A DNA stretch of 64,000 bases from Eledone cirrhosa (GCA_964016885.1 OZ024742.1:194308001-194372000); one strand, 5' to 3'. Positions 1-14,905 are shown, counted from the stretch's first letter. Program-made: numbers and translations. Notes: generated from the sequence alone by a model not told the origin.

Positions 1-3000
1 TTTGAACTGTCTGACAGGTACCGATTGGATTTCCCGAATGTACCAATGTGGACTTGGACGAATCGAATAGGGTCATCCAGATCATATCTAGATAGAGTAT
101 TTTGTAGGGAAATAGATAGGTCTAGCATAGGTGTCTACAATTCAAGATAGTCAGCTACACGGACCACAAATTCGTGATATGTGTGCTTGACTTAGATAGG
201 CTTCATAGACGAGGACCCGGCTACTGGAAGCTAAACGCGTCCTTACCAGTGCGCAAGGCCTACAGAGATCGGATTAGCGAACTAGTTAAGCGGGCGTTGA
301 CGGGGGCCATCGCCAACAACAAGTGGTGGTTTGCTCTGAAAAGAGCAATTAGAATAAAGTTCATTAGGTTTAGTAAGGCTTTAACAATAGAGAAAAATAG
401 AGCAGAGGGAGAATTAGTCAGAAAATTAGACGAGGTGCTTTGAAAAGGCATCGCAACCGACGTACTTGCGGCGGAATTGGCCCTTGACCAATTATTCAAT
501 GCAAAGGACGAAGGCTGCATTGTCAGAGCTAGGGTCCGTGCTCTCAGACACGAGGGGACGAAAGCCGTTCAATGCGCCCGAGTGGCGGAGGCGCGTCGTG
601 GCAACAAAGCCACGATCCGGACTTTGGTGGACCACGACGGGCGCATGCAACTCGATCCCGGGAAAATGTGTGAAGGTTTTCAGCGACACTTCGCTCAACT
701 GTTCGGGGGCAGTGGCGGGCCGGGTCGAGGGATGGACTTTAGTGTCTACCTCGACGGACTGCCGCGTCTCTCGGCCACTGAGGCGGAGTGTTGCGAAAAG
801 CCGATAACAGCCGCTGAAGTACGGGAGGCAATGACTGGCTGCACAATGGGTAAATCGCTAGGTTTGGATGGTCTGGCCTATGAACTTTACGTACAAATGC
901 CAGACTCGTTCGGAGGCCTCTTGGCGGATGTCTACTCCAACTGGCAACAGAACGGGAGAATTTCCAGCTCTGTGAGCCGTGCAGCGGTGGCGCAGCTGAG
1001 AAAGGATCCGAACAAAGGGGATAACATAGATAATTTTAGGCCCATAACTCTGCTAAACACAGAGTTCAAGATGTTGGCCAAGTGTTAGCAAAGAGGTTGG
1101 CGCTTGTCGTTGGTGGTCTGGTGGGAGAGGCGCAGACAGGCTCCATTCCCGACAGATCCACCCACGACAACCTCCACCTCGTGCGATACATCGTAGAGAG
1201 TGTAGCTAGGGAACCTGGCACGGGTGGGTCTTTGATAAATTTAGATCAGTCGAAAACCTTCGATAGGGTCGACCATCGTTACCTAGCGGCAGTCCTGAGG
1301 GCGGCTGGCTTTGGGCCCGTCATCAGAGGCTGGATCGCTGCCATGCACAGCGACATCTGCTCCGTGGTGAGAGTGAACGGTCACCTTTCGGAACCGTTCA
1401 ACATCAAGCGCTCGGTCCGCCAAGGATGTCCCTGCTCGTCCCTCTTGTACGTATTGACTCTCGAGCCATTACTGCACAAACTGGAGACGTTGATGGGGGT
1501 CCCGCGCGAACTAGGATGCGGAAGATCCGTGTCAGCATATGCGGACGATGTCACCGTAGTGGTGTCGAACGCCAAACACATTGAGGCGATCGGCACTACA
1601 CTAAGAGAATACGAAGCGGTGACAGGAGCAATGATCAACAAGGAAAAGTCAGTGGGCCTGCAGCTCGGCACCTGGAGAGGCAGGTCCATGCCGTCCAACA
1701 GCGTCGTCGGGCGCTGGACGGACGGACCGGTTAAATTGCTAGGGGTCTGGTTCGGTCCGGACCTCCAGACGGACAAAAGCTGGGACGAGGTGACGAGCAG
1801 GGTGGCTTCTCTCACCCAGAAATGGGCGGAGAGGAAGCTATCCCTGAAAGGTCGAGCGGAGGTGGCTAACGCGTACATCGCGTCCGTCATCTACTACCGC
1901 CTGACCGTCGTACCTTGTCCTAAGCCACGCTTGACTGCGCTGGAGCGTTTGCTCTTTCGCTTTTTGTGGAAGGGACGCGCTCCGATGGTCGGGCGGTCCA
2001 TCTGCTGTCAACACCCGCTACGTGTAGGGCTGGGCATGCCGTGGCTGATGATGCGCAGACGCGCGCTCAGGCTACGATATCTCCACCTCTTCCTCGACGG
2101 TGATCAGGTGTGGTCGCCGTTTGCTAGACACGTCTTTCCCCAGCTCGACTCCTTGACGGAGCTGCAGTCCTGGGTCAAGCGAAGACCGAGAGGGAGCGCT
2201 TGGAGACTGGAATGTCTTCAAGCGCTCACAGCCCTCGACCAATCGGGCAATGTGATCGGTCGAAACTCCACCTTGGCGTTCGATAGAGGATTAGTGGAGG
2301 GGAAGAGCGATGACGTACTTGGAGAAACTCTAGGCGTCGACGAAAATCAACTAGCCAATCTCTTCGGAAGGACTTTCGGGCCGGGGTCTATGGACAACAT
2401 CCAGAAATACCTGGCCTGGCAGTGCTACCAGGGAGTTTTGCCAGTTCTGGATAAACTCTACAGGCATGGGGGTGCCGTCAGCCGGGCATGTCTGAGATGC
2501 GCGCAGGGCGACGAAACCGTCCTGCACGCACTCGTCCAGTGTCCGAGCATTGCTGACTTGTGGGTTTATGTCGAACACCTGCTGTCACGTGTAGGACGGA
2601 TCCAGCTATCAGCTGAGTCCATCGTGAGGATTGCACCGCCCTCTTCCTTTAGCCGGGAACGGCAGGCAGTTTAATTGTCTGGTGGCCATGGCGAAAGAGA
2701 TAGTATGGTGGACACGTTTGAAAGGGCTGAAGACGAGCACTTACTTCTTCGGTGATGTCCTGATTAACTTTTTCAAATTTCATTTGAAAAGGAAAATCAG
2801 GGTAGAGAGGGAAGTGCTCTCTTCCCAGCATTTTGTTGAAAGATGGGTGAGAGAAGCAAGTATGGCCCGAGTAAATGGGCCTACTCTGAGTATGTGTCTG
2901 TAAATTAAAGGTGGAAAACTGGGAGAGGGCACTTGCCCTGGTGGTCAGGGTCACTGTGGTCTTTTAATGGTCTTTCTCCATAAATGTCCCTCGGAAGTCT

Positions 3001-3147
3001 CCCCACTACTGGGGAATTTTTCTTTGTTATTTTATTACATCCTCTGTTTTTTTTACACGCAGAAATGCCCATTTGTACCGTCCTCTATTGTCCTGTACTG
3101 TCCTTAATGTCTACTTTATGTAAACCCTTGTGATTAATAAAGAAAAC
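1..3147 (+). mobile_element. Tx1/L1-clade non-LTR retrotransposon, 5' end outside window, frameshifted ORF2
   Basis: End of APE endonuclease (YLDRVF..TDHKFV, GPGYWKLNAS), RT motifs (GLDGL, NFRPITLLNTEFK, LDQSKTFDRVDH, VRQGCPCS, YADDV), C-terminal CxxC..ETVLHAL..C finger; AATAAA at 3136 followed by (ATT)n. Confidence 0.92.
174..2903 (+). pseudogene. LINE ORF2 (EN-RT-zinc finger) split over ORFs 174-443, 477-1088, 1082-2674, 2631-2903
   Basis: Successive ORFs continue one ORF2-like protein across stops and frameshifts. Confidence 0.88.
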
Positions 3148-4441
3148 ATTATTATTATTATTATAATTATTACTATTATTATTAATATTATCTTTTTTAT
3201 TGACTTCCGGCGGAGAAGACATGTTTTAGTAAACAGTGTGAAGTTTTAGAAAATGTTAGTATTTTTTAGCTATTTTGGGATTGTTTGTTCAAGTATTAGT
3301 CACGACACAAACATACGGAATTATTAGTACACACGACAATCTAACTCAACTCTAGAACGCTGTCCCTTTTGGGGAGCTGTAGTTACAAACTTTTCTTTTT
3401 GAATCAACACATTGGATTTTGAAAAAAATATAGAGAGATAGTTTTTCAACATTGATAATGTTCGTTGGCGCACGCCTCAAGTGAGAAAGAGAAAAACTAA
3501 GGAAGCGTCAAACAGAAACAGTAAAAGGGAAAGGGAAACATAGAAAATGTGTGTTTATGTGTGTGTGCAGATATGTGTGCATATATGTGTGCATATGTGT
3601 GTGTTTGTTTGTGTGTGTGTGTGTGTATGCGTGCGTGGTTGATGCACGGGACAGAGAGAAAGCTGATAATGTTGATTTGCACTGTAATAAATAAACAAAA
3701 CAATGTTTTAAAGTGTTGCAAGATTACAACGATGGCAACAACTTTAACATTAACTAAAGTTACTACTACTACAGCAACATCAATAACAACGACAAAAACA
3801 AAAACGACAACAACGACTACAACACAGATTATAGCGATAATCGAAACAACAATGTTAAACTAAATGAGTAAAATCGCCAACAACGACTGTAAAATCGATG
3901 ACAGCGATAATAGATCCAACTTTAACAGAAACCAAAAGAGTAAGATCGGCAAGAGCAAACACATCCATGACATTAAGAGAGTCAATAGCAGCAAGAAAAC
4001 AACGACGACAACAGCAAGCCTAACAAGGTTCTGCCTCGACGATGGGATGTGAGATCCTTTCTGTGCCTAGCATTGCAGTTAGGTGCAACAACAATATGAA
4101 TGTTTTGTAATACGTGGGGAAATCAGTTCTTTTTTAGTTGTGACAAAATCAAAATAGCAAATGTGTTTGTCTGCAAAACATGAAAGGTTGGTGAGAGACT
4201 TGGCCAACACAAACTGGCCGGGAGATTTATAATTTACAACTGTTTGTTGACGGGGAGTAGAACAATACGAATCCGAATTTGAAAAGTGTCTGAAAGACAT
4301 CTGGGTCAATAAAGATGTTTTTCAACAGAGCCAGCCAATGTAGCAGTTTCAAGTTGAGATTATTTACCAAGCAACAATGAACCGATGATTGTAGGAGTAA
4401 AAGATATAATTTCACAGTTATGCAAAAGGACAAACAAAGAT

Positions 4442-4545
<104 letters not shown>

Positions 4546-4748
4546 TGTTCATGGTATGGACACCATTTATGTAAAAGATTTGCTATAGTAATTAGTAAAC
4601 CCACTGGGCAGGGCCTATCTCGTTTCAACTGGCTTGCAAGTAAACAGTTCAGAGTCAATTCGCTTGTAACCCAGTCGAAATGGCATGGGAAACTCACCCC
4701 TCCCATGAGACTATACCAATTAATATATATATATATATATATATATAT

Positions 4749-4985
4749 CATGTTTAATATAGAAATGGCTTCTTCAAGACTAGAACTGATTCATTGGAAG
4801 GAAATCGTCAGAAAAGCCAACTGTTTTACAAAGACAGTTGGCTTCCCTGATGAGTTCTGGAATGAAACAGTTCTAGTATTGTAGAAGCATTTTCTATATT
4901 AAACATGATGTTTACATGCTACTAATGTATTGAATACCTTACTTACTGTGACTACTCCCGATTGAACACTGGACTCACAAACACT
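4749..4985 (+). mobile_element. Family A short HHR-bearing insert, fold-back palindrome next to (TA)n
   Basis: 4749-4822 is an imperfect inverted copy of 4834-4907; tail CCTTACTTACTGTG..CCGATTGAAC is shared with four other copies. Confidence 0.75.
4841..4888 (+). ncRNA. Type I hammerhead ribozyme motif (family A)
   Basis: gcttc-c-CTGATGA-gttctggaat-GAAA-cagttctagtattg-TA-gaagc. Confidence 0.7.
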
Positions 4986-5004
4986 AACTTACACACACAC
5001 GCAC

Positions 5005-5131
<127 letters not shown>

Positions 5132-6399
5132 CTTGCCCACAGATAATCACCAAAGCTACTTATTTTGTCATTCTCATTATTTTCTTTCCCAAGAGAAATC
5201 CTACGATTATTTCTTTCGCAATATTCATAGCATTTGTTATAAAATTGGCATCTTAAATAATTCCACGTAATTGGGTTTGGTTTTCGAAAAGACGAAAGTA
5301 TACAACTATCGCAAAATTCATCGGCACCATTAACCGCCATATAAATCGATAACATTCACCTCATGGAATAAAAACAGCATCACGCATTTTATGGAAGTAG
5401 CAGTATGCTACTTGCATATTAAGCAAACATATCACTCAGGAAAGAAATAAAAAAAAAACATATTAATTATAATAAATTTCTCACATTCTATAAATATCCT
5501 ATAATATAGAAATTACTTTGGAAATAGCTAATGATATTTGAAAGTCATAAAAAAGGTTTTAAAATCTGCCTTAATCTCTTTCACATATTTTTCAAATGAT
5601 ATAGGCACTATTTTGCAATTACTGTTTCGATAACTTCTTATAGGTTCGATAACTTCTTACCTTTCATGATGCCATTTTTTTTTATCTTCTGTAATAAAGT
5701 ATATGTTGGGATAGAAAATGTCATTCTGTAGTAGCTAGATCTAATCCAAGCCAATTAATATGGAGATATATAGACATTCATTAAAATGCTTAAAATAAAT
5801 CAAACGAAAATCTGATATAAGTTCATTTGAATCTATGAAAACTACCTGCAATATTGAAAACTACCTGCAATACTGAAGTGATTCCTGCGAATATTACAGC
5901 ACATCACATCTAATGACAATTTGTTCATGGTTACTTGATCTGCCAGAGATAGCATCTAAATGGAACCTCGACGATGACTGTTCCTTTTATTGCATGAGCA
6001 GAACGACCTGCCAATTAAATTAACGTCTACGATGCTTGGAATTCCATATATTCGTAAACGCCTTAACGTAATTCTGAAGGAGATATAGTGTGATATGTGT
6101 CTGACAAGTCAGGCAATTTTAATTGCTTGTGCATCATTTTCTACATCTAATTTAATTATTATCATCATTAGCAGATTTAGAAACAGCAGCAAGTCTAGAT
6201 TTTAATTATCTTCATCATCTTCAAGTATTTTGTACCTCAACCATTGTAAGCATTTAAACATAAAAGCAAACTATTCACCATGAAAACTAGCATCTTCACA
6301 CACTGAGAACTGCTTATAATATCTTGTTTAATTGCTCCATCTCATAAGAATACACACCCAACAATGTATGTTACTATTTTTTTAGCAAATGGTGGCGGG

Positions 6400-7250
6400 C
6401 ATCACGGAATTGGGGGTGATGGACACTGCTATAAAGGAATATAATGCCGTGGTAGGAGCAAATTTCAACTGAGAGAAGTCAGTGGACTTGCGATTCGGCA
6501 ATAGGAGAGTCATGTCCTTGCCGTCAGACAGCGTTGTTCATCGGTGGACAGAGTGACCTGTTAAATTGCTTGGAGTCGGGTTCGATCCCGACCTGCAGTT
6601 GGAAGGAACTGCGATTAGACTACAAGCAGGATTGTAGTGTGGGGAAGCTATTCCTGGTGTGTAGAGCTGAAGGGCCCAATGCTTACATCACCTACGTCGT
6701 CATTTATCCCCTGACTATCGTGACTTGTCCCAGTGCTCTTCTAACCAAACTGGAAAGTTCTTTTCTGATGGAAAGGTCATGTCTCACAGATCAGATTCTC
6801 ACTACACACATTAGTACCTGTTGATACCGCATTTGTAGATATCCCTAGACAGGGAGAGGGTGAACTGGACTTTTCTCAGACGCGCTTTTCCACAACTGAT
6901 TTCCTTCAGTGAGTTTCGTTCTCGGCTGAAGAAAAGGCAACGGAAGTGCGGCAGACATATAGAATGTTGTTAGCGCTCCTACCAATGGGAAAATGGAATT
7001 AGTGGAAGTTTCATATTGTCCATCTATAGAGGATTACTGGTGGGTAAGTGTGACGACGATCTCGTGGAAGTTCTTGATATAAATGAGAATGAACTGGCTG
7101 GTTTGTTGCAGGGAGAATGGCACAGTTTCAGAAATGTCGGGCCTGTCAGTTTTACCTGCGGCATTGCCAGTTCTGCATAAACTCTCCAGGAATGGCAGTG
7201 CTGTCAGATGAACTTGTCTAAGATGTGCATAGAGCGACAAAACTCTTCTG
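6400..7250 (+). mobile_element. Old decayed Tx1-like LINE fragment
   Basis: Colinear similarity to ~1600-2520 (gagaagtcagtggacttgcga, gttaaattgcttggagtc, gcttacatcacctacgtc); many stops. Confidence 0.75.
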
Positions 7251-7842
7251 TCCGTATATTGCTGACCTGTAGTGTGAAGTATATGTTAATTTAAGAGTGT
7301 GCAAAGCTGTAGTATTTTCCACTGCGTGGCACTGGATGGTCTTTTGCGGTAGTTCCAAGTGTCCCAGTGTGTGTTCAACATAACAGCAAACTGAAGACGC
7401 GCAATATATGCTCATTCTATCTGAGAAACTAGCCTCTCTCAGTTCGGAGACTGACATGCTGAAAAGCCACATCATACACGAGGTACCTCTGATATGGATA
7501 TCATAGGATAGTTTAGCTGAACAGGTCGGATCTAAAGGAGTAAGCTTTGAAAAAAATCTTGCTTGTCTCATAGTAAGTAGTAGCTCATGCAATGTTCATC
7601 AGTCTAATTATATGACCTCGGCGTCGTGAACACCAGTGGCTTCGCAGATGATAAAGTATTAATTCGACAATCGGTTGACACAACTGCTCCTGTTAACGGA
7701 GAAATCTACAAGAATGCAGATGTATACAGTGTATACATGTTATTCTTTTTACTTTGACTATTTCTTCCCATTTCTATGTAAAGGCCCAACGTAATGTAAC
7801 CTGTTTTTGTCTCGTCTCTTTTATCTGATGTCAGTGAAGCGC

Positions 7843-8030
7843 ATTTGGCAGTATCGTTAAAGGGTCGGACGCCATGGTTTGCAGCATGGAGTTACGGGCC
7901 TTTACGATCTGAGTTCAAATCCCGCCGAGGTTAACTTTGCCTTTCATCCTTACGGGGTCGATAAAATAAAGTACCAGTAATGCACTGATATGATGGCTGG
8001 TCTTGTGCCAAAAGTAGAAGCAATTATTAT
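7843..8030 (+). mobile_element. tRNA-derived SINE
   Basis: A-box-like TGGCAGTATCG, B-box GAGTTCAAATCCC, core GCCTTTCATCCTTACGGGGTCGATAAAATAAAGTACCAG, (ATT)n tail; many copies in window. Confidence 0.85.
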
Positions 8031-8487
8031 TGTTATTTTTAATATTGTTGTTGCTGATGTTGCATCATAGTCTATGAACAGATAGCTCCGTGATTTTTTT
8101 TTTTATTTCTATGTTCCTAAAACATACATTTTGGCATTAAAAGCTAAACCTTCATTTATTTTGAAAATACACACCCAAAATTCTTATTGGCAGAGGAAAA
8201 GTTTAGGCTGAAAACACCAGCCAAAAATATTCTCGGCTTCTACGTGCTATAGCTGCATTTCAACTGACTGCATGTCTTTCCAATATTAATATAGGCATGT
8301 ATATGATAGAGACAAATTATATATATGAAATCTATATTTGGTAGGGTTCGTTGGTTCTTATTCAGCACACCCTCCACTCTGTTTCGTTAGATTCACCACT
8401 TTAATTTTGTTTGCGATATTTTTTCATTTGTTTCACATATTGCAAGGATATACTTTATAGTCGTCCATGGTGTTATCTGCATCCATT

Positions 8488-9062
8488 GCTGAGGTTAACT
8501 TTGCCTTTCATCCTTACGGGGTTGTTAAAATATAGTACCAGTAATGTACTGGGTAATTGCTGTCCTTGTGCCAAAAGTAGAAACAATTATTATAAGGGCA
8601 TGGAATTGACTGAGTGGTTAAAGCGTCGGACAAATGATTTGAGATGTTTATTCGAAATGTTCGAGTTCAGCATTCAAATCACGCTGAGAAATCCTTTCTG
8701 TCGTCGAGGAAATAGTGTACTGTTCATGAACTGGTGTGGATGTTATCGCCTTTCTCCGCATCCCATAGTGTTGTCCTTTTTACGTAAACTAGAAGTTATC
8801 ATTATTACCGGTCATGTACTGGGTAATTGCTGGCCTTGTGCCAAAAGTAGAAACAATTATAACTATACTTATTATTTGCCTAGTGAGGGCGGTAGATCGT
8901 CGAACAGCATGCTTTGTGGCACATAGTAATGGCCGTTTACATTGTGAATTCAAATTACGGGGTCGATAAAATAAACTACCAATAATGCACTGGTGTCGAT
9001 TTTCCCCTTCTCCCCAAATTGTTGGCCTTGTCCCGAAATGAGAAAACATTATTATTATTATT
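8488..9062 (+). mobile_element. Cluster of partial or diverged SINE copies
   Basis: Repeated GCTGGCCTTGTGCCAAAAGTAGAAACAATT tails and core fragments. Confidence 0.7.
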
Positions 9063-9374
9063 ATTGAAGTTTTACCTAATTAAATATGATATCTACTCGA
9101 TCTACTGTAACACAGGTCTCAACAATGGCCTTTTACAGACAATACTTTCCCGAACACCTGAACAGTATTTTGTAGAAGAGCAAATTGTGATTCCATGTTT
9201 ATTTGCATAATATACACACTCAGCGTTATATTGATGCTGTAACGTGGTATTAACCGAGTAATTCCCATCTTAAAGTCAGTGTATCTTTTAATTTTTTGGG
9301 TTCTGTAATATATTTCAAAATTACATTGTTCTCTAAGTTGCAGGGAGCAGCAAGTTTCTGTTAATATCATTACA

Positions 9375-9379
9375 ACTAT

Positions 9380-9411
<32 letters not shown>

Positions 9412-9436
9412 ATACTAATACTACTACTACTACTAC

Positions 9437-9473
<37 letters not shown>
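9375..9473. repeat. (TAC)n(TAA)n microsatellite at the 5' junction of the Dong-like copy
   Basis: Seen directly. Confidence 0.95.
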
Positions 9474-9474
<1 letters not shown>

Positions 9475-9477
9475 TCG

Positions 9478-12405
9478 ATACCACTCAGAGAGGAACCAGA
9501 CTGGGTCGAAAAATCAGCTAATGGTTCAAACCTTCCCATCACTTCGGAGATGGAGACCTCCCATAACCGGATTACTCCTAATGTTGGCCCTCCATGCTCA
9601 CCACCAAGAAATCCAAAGAAGAAGAGAGAAAAATAGTCAACGGAAGATAATAAAGAAGTCCTTGAGGCTTTCTAGACTGCCATGTACTACCCATCAAATA
9701 CATCGAATACAGAACAGACATATATCAACTGGAAAAAGAAACATCCCGAAAACAGAGGCTATATTGACAGTAACAAACTAACCAATATACGAAGAAATAT
9801 TGTTAAAAAAAAGTTACTAACTGATATAGAAATTGATCAGATCAAGCTATTAGCACAAAGTCAGCGAAGGGATAATCAAACATGTGTCAGTGAAAACGAG
9901 GCAAATTGTAACACTTCGAATCCCAGGGTTGGGGCGGAATCACTGACAACAGAACAAATTAAAGAAAGGATCGAAAAAGTGGAGGGAGTGCATGCTCAAG
10001 ATGAAACTCAAAATGAAAACAATGAGATCGTAAATGATAAAGAAATGAACGAGAATGAACTTGCCAACTTGAAGGATGAAATTATGATCGAATGGATGAA
10101 AATGAAAGAATCTGATATGGGGCAACGAGACACCCTCCCTAAGATCCAGAATTTCAAACAGAACTAACAGATAATACACAAGACTAACATAATTCTCAAA
10201 AACATTATCATCACAAACAAACTAATCATTACTGATTTAAATCATCTCTATTATGCATCGGCTAAAGTCACCACTCACTTATGTGGAGTGAAAATAAAAA
10301 AACAAAGGAATTCCTACGATAAATCTACTTGGCAAGAGAACATCAATCGCCAAATAAACCTTCTCCGATCTGACATAGAAATTTTAACAAACTACAAAGT
10401 AGGTGAACATGTTAAACAAACTAAACTTAGAATATTGAAAAGAAAATACAGTATAAAATCAACAAGCGACATAGACATGCTGATAGAAATAATCAAGCAA
10501 AAAGTGTCGGCCAAAGCTGCTCGTATAAGGCGCTTTGAAAAACAATCTAGATTCTATAATGACAATAATATGTTCAAAAACAACCAAAGAAACTTCTGCA
10601 GAAAAATTGGCAAGTCAACAATAACTGCTAAATCAATACCACCCAAGGAGGAAGTGCAAGAATTCTGGGAAATGATCTGTGCCGAAGAAAAAGTTCATAA
10701 TATACATGCCCCATGGATAGACAGATAAATGAAAGATACAGCTCAATTTGAGGAAAAAATATGGGAAAATATAACATTTGAACAGATGCGTTTGGCTTTT
10801 AGAAAAACCAGCAAATGGAAATCCCCAGGAAAAGACAAAATACCAAATTTTTGGATAAATGCCTTCACAGAGTCTCACGAGCTGTTAGCCCAAATTTACA
10901 ATGAAATAGTTAAGGAGCCAGAAAAGATACCATCATGGCTAATTAACGGCATTACATTCCTGCTTCCGAAGAATGATGAGACAAACAATCCCAAAAATTA
11001 CAGACCGATAACTTGCTTGACCACACTGTATAACATTTTAACATCAGTCCTAACTGAATATACATATGACCACCTAATAACAAATGACCTATTTCCCAAT
11101 GAGCAGAAAGGGTGTAAACGAGGCTCACATGGCTGTAAGGATCAGCTTTTACTAACAAAATAATACTGGAAGATTGTCATACAACAATCTATCAATTGCT
11201 TGGATAGATTATAAAAAGGTATTCGATAGTTTGCCACACAGTTGGTTTGAAAAATGTTTAGAGATTTTCAAAATATCTCCCGTTGTCAGGAGGTTCTTGT
11301 CATTCAGTATGAAGACATGGAAAACGACACTCCTTTTGAATAGTGAAAAGGAATCACGGGAAGCTGGAGAAGTTAATATTAATTGTGGAATTTTTCACCG
11401 CTTTTATTCTGCATCGCACTTAAGTAAAATGCTCAATGAAACAAAACATGGATATAACGTCTATGACAAAAACGTTAATCACTTGTTTCTACATGGATGA
11501 CCTGAAACTATTTGCAAAAAATGATGAACAATTGCAAGGGCTATTATCGACTGTGGTGCAGTTCAGTGATGACATTAAAATGGAGTTTGGACTAGATAGA
11601 TGTGCCAAAGAAACGTTCACCAGAGGAAAGCTGCTGAAAAGTTCAGACATTAATCTTGATCGGGGGAATGTGATAAGAGAACTTGATCAAGAAGAAACTT
11701 ACAAATATCTAGGTGTTTGTGAAGGAGACGGAATCAAGCACTCGACAATGGGGGAAAGGATAAGGAAGGAATGTTACCGCAGAGTAAGAGCAATCTTAAG
11801 AACGGAATTGAATGCAAGGAATAGGATCGATGCCATAAACACGCTTGCCACACCAGAAATAACCTACAGTTACAATGACATCAACTGGTCAAGCACAGGG
11901 ATCCGTAGGCTCGATACAAAAATTAGAAAATTATTAACCATGCACAGAATGCATCACCCTAAGGCAGATACATATAGAATATATCTCCCTAGGAAAGAAG
12001 GAGGACGTGGGTTAATCTAGTTAGACATTGCGTTGAAAACTGCAACAATTGGATTATCTACATATCTAAGGGTATCACATGATTGGATGAGTGGAAATTG
12101 AGAACTAAAACAATACCAGTGGTTGTAGGCGCTCTAGGAATGATATCTAAGGGGTCTAATGATTACTTATCGCAAATCCCAGGAAACCCGCGTATAGGAG
12201 AAATACAAAAGATAGTACTAATAGGAACTGCCCATATACTAAGGAACGTTCCGTCAATATAAGTACATCACAAGTCTAAACACCTAAAGATGCATGTGTG
12301 TGTATGTATGTTCTTTCTTGAACATGGCGGACCTTGTTGTTTTTAAGGTCACTGGTTGTGACTTGGTGATAACTCGTATGAACAAAAAGTAAGATAAATG
12401 CAGCT
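9478..12405 (+). mobile_element. R4/Dong-like RLE non-LTR retrotransposon, copy 1 (5'-truncated, internal deletion near 12090)
   Basis: WKSPGKDKIPNFW, NYRPITCL, EQKGCKRGSHGCKDQLL, AWIDYKKVFDS, YMDDLKL, YKYLG, RIYLPRKEGGRGL, IPVVVGALG; flanked by (TAA)n. Confidence 0.9.
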
Positions 12406-12435
12406 GTTATAATAATAATAATAATAAAATTAATA

Positions 12436-12592
12436 ACCCCACTTTTTGGAACACTTCAAAAGGCATGCTTGCTGGGAACAGCAAGAACTCTCCGATACGT
12501 CCTGAATATATGAGGCTGCAGGTAGCGGCTTGATATTCATATGAACAAAATTTCCAGTTATATAACATCAATGACTGAGACTCAAAGAACAA
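12436..12592 (+). mobile_element. 3' end of a second Dong-like family
   Basis: Translates LQKACLLGTARTLRYVLNI*, ends in (TAA)n; matches 39862-40108 on the minus strand. Confidence 0.75.
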
Positions 12593-12905
12593 TAATAATA
12601 ATGCACATTTCCTCACAACTACAGAATTAGCGTCTTCTTTGGTAATAGATATTTTAATGGGTTTGAAATTATGAAAATTGAAGTAATAGCAAATTCTTTA
12701 CAAATAATTTTGTTAAATAAAATTGTTAAATGTATTTAATATTAGCACATTTAAAGAGTTGTAAAAAGGAATATCGTGCAAGATATGAAAATCCAGCAGT
12801 GAAAATGATTTAGTTTCAGTTTCTGCTGGTACACAACCGCACACACAGGCACCAACATGCAGACATATATACACACGTACCGATATATATATATATATAT
12901 ATATA

Positions 12906-13105
12906 GTTTTAATATAGATGAGATTCTACGGGACTAGAACTGGATCATTCTTTAGAAATCATCAGGAATCAAGGATTCCTGATGATTTCTAAAGAATGAA
13001 ACAGTTCTAGTCCTGTAGAATCTCATCTATATTAACACTTTTATACTCTGCAATGTATTGAGTACCTTACTTACTGTGGTTACCCCCGATTCAACCTGGA
13101 ATAAC

Positions 13106-13106
<1 letters not shown>
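12906..13106 (+). mobile_element. Family A HHR insert, fold-back palindrome in (TA)n
   Basis: Arms 12906-12970 and 12974-13036; tail ends CCGATTCAACCTGGAATAACG then (TA)n. Confidence 0.85.
12974..13022 (+). ncRNA. Type I hammerhead ribozyme (family A)
   Basis: gattc-CTGATGA-tttctaaagaat-GAAA-cagttctagtcctg-TA-gaatc; stems I and III pair; GUA site at 13015-13017. Confidence 0.85.
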
Positions 13107-13143
<37 letters not shown>

Positions 13144-13611
13144 GTGTGTGTGTGTGTGTGTATGTATGTGTGTGTATGTGTGTGCATGTGTGTGTGTGTG
13201 TATGTGTGTGTGTGTGTGTATGTGTGTGTGTGGGGGGTCTCTGATGGTAGCTATGATGCTTCCATGGGCGGTATGCCGGTTGAGCACTCTATGTTCGTAG
13301 ACAGATATATGTATGTATGTATGTATCTTTGCAGACATGCGTGGGCCTGTAGGTAATAGGTGCATCTTTGTAAGAGTGTATATGAGCCAGTGTGTGTGAA
13401 CGTGCATCCACTGTAGGGTAAGGGCTTGTTTGTGTGTATATATGTGTTTGTATATATATATATATATACATATATATGTGTGGTTGCGAGCGAATCTGTT
13501 TTAGTGCCTGTATATATGAACATGTGTGTGTATGTGCGTGTGCGTGTATATGTATAAATCTGTACGGTTTTGTGAATACGAGTAGATATACGCGTATGCA
13601 TGTGCGTGCGC

Positions 13612-14042
13612 CTGTGAATGGAACAGCAACAGCAACATCACAACTTACAATTAAGGACAAAATGAAAACACGCACGTACATAGGACAAACAACCAACCAG
13701 TAACATGTAAATAAATAAACAAATATAAACAGACACAGACACCCGGATGTAAAACATGCGCAAACTAAGCACACAACACACACAAAAACAAGATGGCGTA
13801 CGACAGAACAAAGGAGAGACACAAAAACAAAGAAAATAAAAATTAAAAAAAAATAAAAGAATCCCCAGTCACTGTGACGAAAGAATTTTGACAATATATA
13901 AACAATCATCCGGTTGTGGAACCAACCAACTAACCGGAAATTTATAAAATCCTAAATTTATAACTTTATTATACTAAATTGAAGTGATTCGGTGGTGCGT
14001 GTGTTTCTTATTGGCAACATGACCCTCCCAAAGTATAACAAT

Positions 14043-14043
<1 letters not shown>
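13612..14043 (+). mobile_element. Solo 3' region (pLTR) of the Naiad-like PLE at 24278-26015
   Basis: Reverse-complement match to 24335-24778, including TTGGCAACATGACCCTCCCAAAGTATAACAAT; HHR core partly deleted. Confidence 0.8.
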
Positions 14044-14868
<825 letters not shown>

Positions 14869-14905
14869 CAAGTAAGTATGTTTTGAAACAGTGAGCGAGT
14901 TTGAA

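Noticed and set aside
1381-1890. 169 aa antisense ORF within Tx1
   Set aside because: Shadow of GC-rich coding sequence on the opposite strand.
7843-7930. tRNA gene
   Set aside because: A/B boxes belong to a multi-copy SINE head; no cloverleaf.
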